A stretch of DNA of 64,000 nucleotides from an uncultured Poribacteria bacterium (GTDB taxonomy: Bacteria; Poribacteria; WGA-4E; WGA-3G), in contig OX638351.1 in the NCBI GenBank assembly GCA_951813565.1, positions 192,001 to 256,000 on the forward strand, given 5' to 3'. Made by a program: the position numbers and the translations under genes. The notes below the pieces were generated by a model. The model searched no databases. It worked only from the letters and a program-made list of their open reading frames with translations, and was not told the origin of the DNA. Shown here piece by piece: positions 50,023-58,594 of the stretch (the first letter of the stretch is position 1; every line of letters begins with the position of its first letter).

Positions 50023-50496
50023 ATGAAACAAATCCCAAACAGAGGACATCGTCAATTACGAAAAGGCAGATACTCATTACCCGGGGCTTACTATTTCCTG
50101 ACTTTATCCATTATTAACAAAGAACCTATTCTTGCAAATGCCGAGATTGCGGATACTATTTTTGAATCTTTTGAATGGTTAGAATCTAATGAGCGTCTCA
50201 GATGTTTTTGTGTTATTGTGATGCCTAACCATATCCATGCTGTCATCCAATTAAGAAGCGAACAAACCTTATCCAGACTCATGCAATCGTTCAAAAGTTT
50301 CACAGCGAAGCAGATTAACACACAATTAGGACGAAGCGGATCTGTCTGGCAAGAGACTTATTATGAACATGGAATAAGACGAAATGGATCGTTGAATGAA
50401 ACCATTCGATATTGTTATGAAAATCCTGTGAGGAAGGGATTAGTAAAGGAAGCACAGGAGTATCCGTATTGGAGATGTAAGTTCAGGATGGAATGA
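50023..50496 (+). CDS. REP-associated tyrosine transposase (RAYT)
   Basis: LRKGRYS..GAYYFLT, VMPNHIH (HUH), WQETYYEH and Y..ENPVRKGL motifs; flanked by inverted REPs. Confidence 0.9.
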   Translation: MKQIPNRGHRQLRKGRYSLPGAYYFLTLSIINKEPILANAEIADTIFESFEWLESNERLRCFCVIVMPNHIHAVIQLRSEQTLSRLMQSFKSFTAKQINTQLGRSGSVWQETYYEHGIRRNGSLNETIRYCYENPVRKGLVKEAQEYPYWRCKFRME

Positions 50497-50501
50497 TGGG
50501 A

Positions 50502-50823
50502 GTCGCGAGCTGGAGCTCGCTCCTACAGGAAGACGGAAAGAGGTCGCGAGCTGGAGGTTGTTCTTACAAGAAAAAGACGGAAGAGGTCGCGAGCTGGAGG
50601 TTGTTCCTACAAGAAAAAGACGGAAGAGGTCGCGAGCTGGAGGTTGTTCCTACAAGAAAAAGACGGAAAGAGGTCGCGAGCTGGAGGTTGTTCTTACAAG
50701 AAAAAGACGGAAGAGTCGCGAGCTGGAGCTCGCTCCTACAGGAAGACGGAAAGAGGTCGCGAGCTGGAGGTTGTTCCTACAAGAAAAAGACGGAAGAGGT
50801 CGCGAGCTGGAGCTCGCTCCTAC
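50502..50823 (-). repeat. Tandem array of 8 REP units (41-44 bp period)
   Basis: GTCGCGAGCTGGAG(CTCGCTCC/GTTGTTCY)TAC starting at 50502, 50543, 50586, 50629, 50673, 50715, 50756 and 50799, with near-identical purine-rich linkers. Confidence 0.9.
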
Positions 50824-50906
50824 AGGAAGAGCATATAAACAAAACTTGACCAAAAACTGAATATTTGATATAATACACCTATAAGCAAAAACTCAGGAGA
50901 TAAGAA

Positions 50907-51584
50907 TTGAATCAGCAAGCACCTATTGAAGAACAGATAGATCTCCCATTTTTAGAATCGCTACGGATAAGTTTCCAAAGCCTAAAAATCCGTTTTGGTC
51001 GTTCTGTTATTACGACAGCCGGTATCACGCTTGGCATCGCTTTTCTCGTTTCCGTTTGGACAAATAACGAAATAGAATTTGCACTTCAGGAGAGCGGGCG
51101 AAGTTCAGCGATTACTAATCTGGATGAGGTATCTGACCAGGGGATTTCAACTAAAGATGTCTGGCTTATTATTATGTCTTTAATTGTCTGTGTAGTTGGA
51201 ATTGCCAACTCTATGCTGATGGCAGTGACAGAGCGGTTCCGTGAAATCGGCACGATGAAATGTCTCGGCGCGCTGGACGGGTTTGTCGTACGGCTATTTT
51301 TATTGGAGTCGGGTTTCCAAGGATTTGCTGGCGCACTCATTGGTGCACTGATTGGCATGCTGGGTGCTGTCATTTTAGGCTTGAAAAACTACGGGCTTGA
51401 TCTGTTCTTTTATTTCCCATTGTTGCCTGCGCGTCCAGAAAACGGACCATTCCAACTTGGCGTGTTGTTGCTGATTCTATTTGGATGTGTGCTTGGAATG
51501 ATTTTGGCTGTTATCGGGTCATCGTTTCCTGCATGGCGTGCAGCGAAATTGCCACCTGCTGAAGCAATGCGGACTGAGGTTTAA
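50907..51584 (+). CDS. FtsX-like ABC permease
   Basis: AVTERFREIGTMKCLGA and PAWRAAKLPPAEAMR motifs. Confidence 0.85.
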   Translation: MNQQAPIEEQIDLPFLESLRISFQSLKIRFGRSVITTAGITLGIAFLVSVWTNNEIEFALQESGRSSAITNLDEVSDQGISTKDVWLIIMSLIVCVVGIANSMLMAVTERFREIGTMKCLGALDGFVVRLFLLESGFQGFAGALIGALIGMLGAVILGLKNYGLDLFFYFPLLPARPENGPFQLGVLLLILFGCVLGMILAVIGSSFPAWRAAKLPPAEAMRTEV

Positions 51585-51766
51585 TCTCATCAAAAACATT
51601 CAGTATCGGGCTATAAAGCCCTCCTACAGGAAGAAGGAAGAGGAGCTGAATGTAAGAGGCGCAATGAATTGCGCGACTACAAACGCTGTAAATAGAAGAA
51701 ATATAGATATTCTAAATTTATTACATAATCGCAATTGTAGTTTGGGAACAGACAGAAGGAATTACT

Positions 51767-52498
51767 ATGCCGGATATTGTTGTAAAAACTGAGGATGTCG
51801 TAAAAGAATACCGAATGGGTTCAAATGTTCTTCGTGCTTTGGACGGTATCAATATTGAAATTCAACGCGGAGAATATATCTCATTGATGGGACCTTCTGG
51901 TTCCGGTAAATCAACCTTGTTTAACATGATCGGTGCGCTTGACCGACCAACTGAGGGACAAGTGTACATTGATGGACAGAATATGTCGCACCTTTCACAA
52001 CGGCAGATCGCAGCATTTCGGTGTCACCGTGTTGGCTATATCTTTCAGAGTTACAACTTATTGAACGTTCGCACCGCACACGGCAATGTAACGTTGCCAA
52101 TGATTTTTGCTGGTATCCCCGATAAACAACGGAATGAAAAAGCTGAAAAACTGTTAGATAAGGTTGGTTTAGGCGATAGGATGTATCACCTTCCCGATGA
52201 ACTCTCTGGCGGTCAGCGTCAACGTGTTGCCATTGCCAGAGCACTTGCAAATGACCCCAGCATTATCCTTGCTGACGAACCCACGGCAAACCTTGATACG
52301 ATTACGGGACGCGAGATTATTGACCTTATCAAGCAATTGAATACAGAACAGGGTGTGACCGTGATTTCAGCAACACACGACTTGAAAATGCTTGATGTCT
52401 CTGACCGCATTGTGGATATACGCGACGGACTTGTGGAACGGATTCGGAACCGTGATGAGATTGAAATTGAAGTTGGAGAAGTTGGTGGTCACGAATAA
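51767..52498 (+). CDS. ABC transporter ATP-binding protein (LolD/MacB-like)
   Basis: GPSGSGKS, LSGGQRQRVAIARAL and LADEPTANLD motifs. Confidence 0.92.
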   Translation: MPDIVVKTEDVVKEYRMGSNVLRALDGINIEIQRGEYISLMGPSGSGKSTLFNMIGALDRPTEGQVYIDGQNMSHLSQRQIAAFRCHRVGYIFQSYNLLNVRTAHGNVTLPMIFAGIPDKQRNEKAEKLLDKVGLGDRMYHLPDELSGGQRQRVAIARALANDPSIILADEPTANLDTITGREIIDLIKQLNTEQGVTVISATHDLKMLDVSDRIVDIRDGLVERIRNRDEIEIEVGEVGGHE

Positions 52499-52510
52499 AC
52501 CTTCTGTGTA

Positions 52511-53536
52511 TTACTTCAAAATTTCAGACAACTGAACAGGACGATTTTCACGGAGCGATTTTAAAGCGGCATAACCCATCACAATAGGGGCGCGACCATC
52601 AATACCTGTAACTGGTGGTTGTGTGTTTTCCTTAATACATCTTATAAACGCATGCAACTCCGATAGATACGCTTCCTTATAGCGTTCAACAAAAAAATAT
52701 AGTGGCGATGCAGCGCTACTCCCTTCACTCCCGCTGAAAGTTACTGTATTTGTCAGCGGATTTCCAGCTACAACCATTCCCTTTGAGCCGAAAACTTCTA
52801 CACGCTGGTCATAGCCATAGATAGCCTCTCTGCTGTTATCAATTGTCGCGAGCACTCCGTTTTGGAAGCGCAGCGTAATTACTGCGGTATCAATGTCTCC
52901 TGCCTCACCGATCTTTGGATCAACACGTACGTCTCCTACGGCATAAACTTCAACCACTTCGTCATCAATGAGATACCGCGCCATATCAAAATCGTGGATC
53001 GTCATGTCAAGGAAAATCCCACCCGAAAGCTTGACATATTCTATCGGCGGAGGGGCTGGGTCACGGCTTGTGATGCGCAAAATGTGCGGTTCACCTATCT
53101 CACCAGAGGTGACTGCCTCGCGCACCCGCATGAAGTTCGTATCAAACCTGCGATTAAAACCGACCTGAAATTTTACCTCTGCTTTTTCAACAATCGCTAA
53201 CGTTTCGTCAATCTGTTTCAAATCTAAGGCAATCGGTTTTTCGCAAAAGATATGTTTTCCTGCCTCGGCTGCAGCTTGGCATATTTCAACGTGTGTATCC
53301 GTTGAAGAGGCAACAATAACCGCATCAATCTGTGAATTGCTTAAAAGGGTTGGATAATCGGAAGTTATCTGAGGAATGTTGAACTGTTCAGTAAGGGTTT
53401 GTGCCGTTTCGGTGTCTAAACTGCAAATCGCTATGAGTTCTGCATCGGGTATATTTTGGGAGAGGTGTTGAATGTGGAGTTTGCCGATGCGTCCCGTGCC
53501 GATTACACCGACACCGATTTTTGGAGGTTTGTTCAT
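52511..53536 (-). CDS. iolG: Inositol 2-dehydrogenase
   Basis: GTGRIG, CEKP, GFNRRFD, SRDP, DMTIHDFD and YGYDQRVEV motifs. Confidence 0.9.
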   Translation of the reverse strand: MNKPPKIGVGVIGTGRIGKLHIQHLSQNIPDAELIAICSLDTETAQTLTEQFNIPQITSDYPTLLSNSQIDAVIVASSTDTHVEICQAAAEAGKHIFCEKPIALDLKQIDETLAIVEKAEVKFQVGFNRRFDTNFMRVREAVTSGEIGEPHILRITSRDPAPPPIEYVKLSGGIFLDMTIHDFDMARYLIDDEVVEVYAVGDVRVDPKIGEAGDIDTAVITLRFQNGVLATIDNSREAIYGYDQRVEVFGSKGMVVAGNPLTNTVTFSGSEGSSAASPLYFFVERYKEAYLSELHAFIRCIKENTQPPVTGIDGRAPIVMGYAALKSLRENRPVQLSEILK

Positions 53537-53664
53537 GGGAATTTGTCTGAACCAGGATTTACAGGATTACAAGATTTTCAGGATTAGAAATGTGAATCTT
53601 TATACCATTTCTATACGTTTTGATTGCATAATTTTGTAGGTCGGGTAGAGCGAACGCGAAACCC

Positions 53665-53840
53665 ATAAGCGTCAACTTAAGAAAAAAATGTTGGGTTTTC
53701 TCTTGTGGGAGGGCTTTCTAAGCCCGATTTTGTGAGACCCAAGCCGTTAAATCGGGGTTGAAAACCCGACAAATGCCAAAAAGCGCATTTGGCGTTGATT
53801 CACTCCCACAAGAAAGATTGGACGCTAAATTGACACCTAT
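53665..53840. mobile_element. MITE-like element containing a REP pair
   Basis: Ends ATAAGCGTCAACTTA / TAAATTGACACCTAT; flanked by the 22 bp direct repeat GGGTAGAGCGAACGCGAAACCC. Confidence 0.65.
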
Positions 53841-53923
53841 GGGTAGAGCGAACGCGAAACCCAACGGACAATACTATCTAAATCATTAACGCATGTGATA
53901 AAAAAACCAGAAAAACCGAAAAC

Positions 53924-54083
53924 TATAGTGAACTTTGAAATTATTGGGACACTTTGATAAACTTATCTTGGAAAGATAATGGACAATAGAAGTTGTAGCA
54001 CAACCTTTTAGTTTGTGCCTTATGAGACGCAAACTAAAAGGTTGCGCTACAGAAGTGTCCCATTAATTATAGGTTTTACTATA
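53924..54083. mobile_element. MITE-like element containing a REP pair
   Basis: Imperfect ~30 bp TIR TATAGT...AATTA.TGGGACACTT enclosing GTAGCACAACC...GGTTGCGCTAC. Confidence 0.55.
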
Positions 54084-54109
54084 AATTCTATTTCAATATC
54101 ATACTGAAC

Positions 54110-54928
54110 TTAACGCGTTGTTTTGAGATGACCCCATGTCGTTGTTGCTTTTCCAGCAGGTTCAACGGGGGTAGCTACATCAGTCTGTTGTGAGATAAAG
54201 TCAATCATCTCAATGAGTATTTGACCGCGAGGGAGGGTTCCGTTGTTTCCCTCCTGCATACAAATACCAACACGACCACTGCTATTGTTCAACTTGATGA
54301 TACCCGGGTCAAAGAATCCGGCACCGTTATCTCCAAAAGCGGCTTCAACGCTCCAGGGATCAACAATCTGATCACTTTTGAACGGTCGGTTAGAGGTATA
54401 ATCTACCAATGAAGGTGTGTATTTTTTTCCCACGTCAGTCGGTGTAATCTGCGTTCCATCACCCCACATATCAGCATTGATATTGATTATGGTCTTCAAC
54501 CCATTCTCGCCGTTTGCACCACCACCTTCAGTAACATAGAAGATGTAATCACAACAATTCAGAATGATATTGCCGCCGTAGAGGAACCTTTCAGCAATAG
54601 AATCGTCAACTTGCGAATTTCCTGGGGTGTAAAGCGTTGTTGGGAACCATCCAAAAATGATGAGAATGTCTGCCACACCATCGTCAATACGTTCTTCTGC
54701 ATACGGACCGATTTCAGCATCGGTTTTATAAACAACTTCGCCAACAGAAGGTACGTCATTTTTCAGGTTGTCAAAGACAATTTTGCGCTGAATATCACCA
54801 TTCTCTTGTGAAATCCATCCCACGCCTTCGCTAAAAATCGCAACATCACCGAGCGCTGCCCAACTTGATGCCGTAACAGTAAAGGCAAACAAGATAATAA
54901 ATAAGATTAACAATTGTCTCATTTTCAT
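54110..54928 (-). CDS. Secreted hypothetical protein with C-terminal PVEPAGKATTTWGHLK motif
   Basis: Signal peptide; paralog of 55418-56236. Confidence 0.85.
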   Translation of the reverse strand: MKMRQLLILFIILFAFTVTASSWAALGDVAIFSEGVGWISQENGDIQRKIVFDNLKNDVPSVGEVVYKTDAEIGPYAEERIDDGVADILIIFGWFPTTLYTPGNSQVDDSIAERFLYGGNIILNCCDYIFYVTEGGGANGENGLKTIININADMWGDGTQITPTDVGKKYTPSLVDYTSNRPFKSDQIVDPWSVEAAFGDNGAGFFDPGIIKLNNSSGRVGICMQEGNNGTLPRGQILIEMIDFISQQTDVATPVEPAGKATTTWGHLKTTR

Positions 54929-55008
54929 TTTTTTCTCCTTTTAGATTTGACTCAATTGATCAATGATCTGTAGGGATGTGCCGTTTGTTACGTCCCTACA
55001 GATACAAG

Positions 55009-55417
55009 GTCATAGGTACCCACTACCTAAAGGTAGGGGCTTGTGCTTCCTCGCGACTGCGGTTTTCGCTTAGCGTCCACCGTCTTAGTGTCGCTCCACT
55101 TTAGGCAGCCAAGCCTGCCCGTTTTATTTATTTTTCGCAATGTCGTGGGTTGGCTCTGTTTCCACCCATTTTATAGCTGCCCTTTCTACCAGGCACGCCA
55201 CGCGACAAGTCCTTAGACTTCGGGAGGGGTTGCCTCCGCTCACGCATTCCAGTCTGCAGTGCTGCAGTGGCTTGATATGGACGCTATCCACCAACTTTAT
55301 AGATTTCGTTATAGCGATGGGTTTTATTCCGCTTTCGCTGGACATTTTGTGATGTCCATCACATTGTTAGCCGTCTACATTCCACAAGCTAAAGCATGGG
55401 GATTTGACGGGGGAGTG
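55009..55417 (-). mobile_element. Non-autonomous IS605 derivative (left end, non-coding cargo, omega-RNA/right end)
   Basis: 55009-55124 is the reverse complement of 37894-38009 with 2 mismatches; 55367-55417 matches the IS left end (CACTCCCC.GTCAAA...ATGTAGACGGCTAA). Confidence 0.9.
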
Positions 55418-56236
55418 TTAAAAATCAGATTTGATATGTGCCCACGTGGTAGTAACTTTTTCATTGGGATCGACTGCTGCTGCACCGAGAGCGTCAGCCA
55501 AATAATTATCAATCATTTCGGCGAAGACCTCACCCCGTGGAAGTCCGTCATTACCAGATATTTGATAAGCGATGCCGATTCGCCCATCGGTTTTTGTGTC
55601 GTGAACAATGACTGGATCCAGGAGTCCGGCACCATTATCCCCGAAAACAACCTCAACTTCCCATGGATCAACAATCTGAGCTGCCTTGAATGTACGTGCT
55701 GAGGTAAAAGCAGCAAGACTGGGTGTATATTTCTTACCGTCGTCTGTTGGTTTGATGGCGGTACCATCTGCCCACATGTCGGCATTGATGTCCATCATAT
55801 TTTTCAAGCCTTGTTCGCCGTTGGTACCAGCACCATGCACCACGTAAAAGATATAATCCGCCGTGTTCAGGAAGATATTTCCGCCTTCAAGGAATGTCTC
55901 GGCCACAGAATCGTCAGGTTTCCCATTACCGGGTGGATAGAGTGTCGCTGGAAAGTCACCAAAGGTAACGATAATATCCGCTTGACCGTTGTCGGTGTGG
56001 TCTTCTGCCCATGACTCAATTTCTTTTTCGGTTAATGTGACAACCTTTTTGGGCTTCTTGAGAAGTTCAGCCAATTCTTCTCCTTCTCTTACTGCGGCGG
56101 GTTGTCCCATCCAGCCGGCTCGTTCAGTATAGATTGCAACTTCTCCGAGGGGCGCGGCTACGCTTATAGTCGGGGTTATGGCTATCGCAACAAAATACCC
56201 GACGGCGAATGCCGTAAAAATAATCAATTTTTTCAT
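55418..56236 (-). CDS. Secreted hypothetical protein with C-terminal AVDPNEKVTTTWAHIK motif
   Basis: Signal peptide; shares LY.PGN...DDS.AE.FL.GGNI.LN..DYIFYV and INADMW with 54110-54928. Confidence 0.85.
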   Translation of the reverse strand: MKKLIIFTAFAVGYFVAIAITPTISVAAPLGEVAIYTERAGWMGQPAAVREGEELAELLKKPKKVVTLTEKEIESWAEDHTDNGQADIIVTFGDFPATLYPPGNGKPDDSVAETFLEGGNIFLNTADYIFYVVHGAGTNGEQGLKNMMDINADMWADGTAIKPTDDGKKYTPSLAAFTSARTFKAAQIVDPWEVEVVFGDNGAGLLDPVIVHDTKTDGRIGIAYQISGNDGLPRGEVFAEMIDNYLADALGAAAVDPNEKVTTTWAHIKSDF

Positions 56237-57219
56237 GAAAATCTCCTTTATGAAAGTTTACGGTAAAGTTCCTAAAACTACATTAGGAATCCTCACGCGT
56301 TGTGTTACTAAATATTAGGTGAGAGTATCCCACCTTCTTCAAATAAAATAGCCCACACATTCTCCATGTTAGATGGAGAGCGTACGGGCGCGATGAAATA
56401 TTGAGGGTTACTACCGATTTTTACTTGTTCGTTAACCTGTATATTATTACAAGTGTTAATGTGTTGAGGGGGGGGGGGTACTAACTTAAAGTTAATAGGG
56501 CGCATAGTAGACGAGGACATAGAAAGGATAGAGACAAACCAACTGTAGAGTTGACTTATTCTAATTGAGGTCGGTTTTTCAACATTGGGGTTGATATTAG
56601 TATTTTGCATTTTTGTAATGTTTGAGAATCTGTCTTATAGTAAATTATACGACTTGTGCCAGTTAAGTGAAAGTTTTGTTGTTTTTCACAATTGTTCATG
56701 TTTTGGAATCAACGCCAAATACGCTTTTGGCATTTGGCCGGAGCGATCTCCGAATCGCGACACGTTTGCAGTCGGGAATCGGAGTTCCCTCCTACCTTGA
56801 GGACAGCAGCTATCGGAAAAGTTGCGAAACGCAAACCCAAACAAGGGGAACATGTGAAATATAAATATACCAAATGTTAACTGGCACAACGCGTAAATTA
56901 TGTAAATAAATTCACATATATTCTGTAGGAGCGATCTCCGAATCGCGACGAAACCACTAATAGTCGGGAATCGGAGTTCCTTCGGACAGCTCAGATGTCC
57001 AGTTAATTGTAGAATCCGCTATAATACCGATCAGACATCAATTACCCTTCTGGTTGCCTATAGTGAATAAAACCTTATTTAAAATTTCTCATCACGCTAA
57101 TTTCGTGAACTTGTTGCGATTATACAAAACTTTAAAAAAAATGTCAAGAAAATATTTGCCATCTTAAAAAAATTGGAAATTTTGCAAAAAAAAAAAGAGG
57201 ACATTCAGCAGAGGTGGAT

Positions 57220-58485
57220 TTAGGGCAGATCAGGTTTTCTTAACAGGTATTCAAGCGGTGATTGACCTGTCAGAGTCAGTAGAAATTCAACTAAATCATT
57301 TGCTTCTTGTTCAGTGAGGTTGAGCGGTTCAAGTGTGCCTTCACGCATGCCGACAAATCCTGATGGAACGCCACCTGCATTGTTAAAGTCAATGATAGAA
57401 TTTAATGTTGGAAACTCACCTGTATGGAAGTACGGGGCAGTGAGCGCGACATTTCGGAGTGTTGGTGTTTTAAACTGTCCTTGATGTTGTTGTGTCGGTT
57501 CCAAGAAATTCAGTATTCTTTGGGGAATTTCTGGCGCATCGCTATAGGGACCACCACCATTAAACGGGTTGTCTAAGAGTTGCTTAATGCCATCATACCT
57601 TCCCGTGTCTTCTGGAAGTTTGCCTTGTGGAACACCAAGATTATGAAATTCGTTGTCTGTGAAGTTAGGGTTATCGTGGCAGAGAATACAAACCCCTTTT
57701 CCGATAAAGATCTTTAAGCCACGTTTAGCTTCAATTCCGATCACATCCAAATCACCTGCTACATATTGATCGAACGGCGCATTACGACTAATCAAGAGTC
57801 GTTCGTAAGCCTCTATTGCCTTACCAATATTTGCAAAAACAGTATTAACTGCTATCTTGTCCTTTTCGGTCATATTGTCAAACTGAACATCACCCGGTTT
57901 GCCCTCAAGTGGAAAGCGGGTAGTATCTGCCAAATTAGGTAATGGATCAAATACCGCTTCATAATCGTCTTGATACAGACGTTTAATGAGGTGTGCATAC
58001 TGAAGACGCGTGCCTGCTTGTTCTGTCTCACCTTCAAGAGCAAATAGTGCTTGCGACCAAAGTGTATCCGCTCTGCCATCCCAAAACTGCCATTTGTTGT
58101 AGGCAACATTAAGCAGTGTTGGTGCGTTTCTCGTGCCTCTCCCGACCCCTAATGAAGTCGCTTCAACGTCTGCGAATCCGTAAAAAGGTGAGTGACAAGT
58201 TGCACATGCAACGGTGCCATCTTTTGAAAAACGTTCATCAAAGAAAAACATCTGTCCTAATCGTGCGGCATCAGGATTGTCGGCAACACGATTTGTAGGA
58301 TTTGGTGGAGGTGTGGCGGGTAGAGGAGATAAACGTTGAATTACTGCCCATTCACGTTCTGTAAAGATATCTACTTCTTTTTTAATATCTTCATTGATTG
58401 GCAGAGAACTTTCATCTCCGCAACCGATAAAGAATATTGTGATGCAGCAGATAATCCAAAGAGTGATTGAGCGGGTAAGTTTCAT
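57220..58485 (-). CDS. Di-heme cytochrome c peroxidase / MauG-family lipoprotein
   Basis: Lipobox FIGC; CATCH and CILCH heme motifs; QFWDGRA and FKTPTLRNVALTAPYFH. Confidence 0.9.
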   Translation of the reverse strand: MKLTRSITLWIICCITIFFIGCGDESSLPINEDIKKEVDIFTEREWAVIQRLSPLPATPPPNPTNRVADNPDAARLGQMFFFDERFSKDGTVACATCHSPFYGFADVEATSLGVGRGTRNAPTLLNVAYNKWQFWDGRADTLWSQALFALEGETEQAGTRLQYAHLIKRLYQDDYEAVFDPLPNLADTTRFPLEGKPGDVQFDNMTEKDKIAVNTVFANIGKAIEAYERLLISRNAPFDQYVAGDLDVIGIEAKRGLKIFIGKGVCILCHDNPNFTDNEFHNLGVPQGKLPEDTGRYDGIKQLLDNPFNGGGPYSDAPEIPQRILNFLEPTQQHQGQFKTPTLRNVALTAPYFHTGEFPTLNSIIDFNNAGGVPSGFVGMREGTLEPLNLTEQEANDLVEFLLTLTGQSPLEYLLRKPDLP

Positions 58486-58502
58486 TCTTTCTTACTTCAG
58501 AT

Positions 58503-58574
58503 GTAGGGCGAGGTCTCTGTGCCTCGCCCATTCTTGGTAGGCAAACAACGGACGGGCACAGAGACCCGCCCTAC
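58503..58574. repeat. REP doublet (REPIN/BIME-like)
   Basis: GTAGGGCGAGGTCTCTGTGCCTCGCCC ... GGGCACAGAGACCCGCCCTAC; the family also occurs at ~12934, 43034, 62917 and 63095. Confidence 0.8.
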
Positions 58575-58594
58575 GACTTTAAAGTGATTTGACA

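Noticed and set aside
50502..50823. Possible CRISPR array
   Set aside because: The intervening sequences are near-identical 16-19 bp linkers rather than unique spacers; the repeat is a GTAG REP next to a RAYT; no cas genes are present
50493..50860. ORFs of 64-118 aa over the tandem repeat
   Set aside because: These are translations of the REP array in several frames, with no coding evidence
56468..56478. G11 homopolymer as a phase-variation switch
   Set aside because: It lies in a doubtful 100 aa ORF about 230 bp upstream of the next credible gene; no supported target
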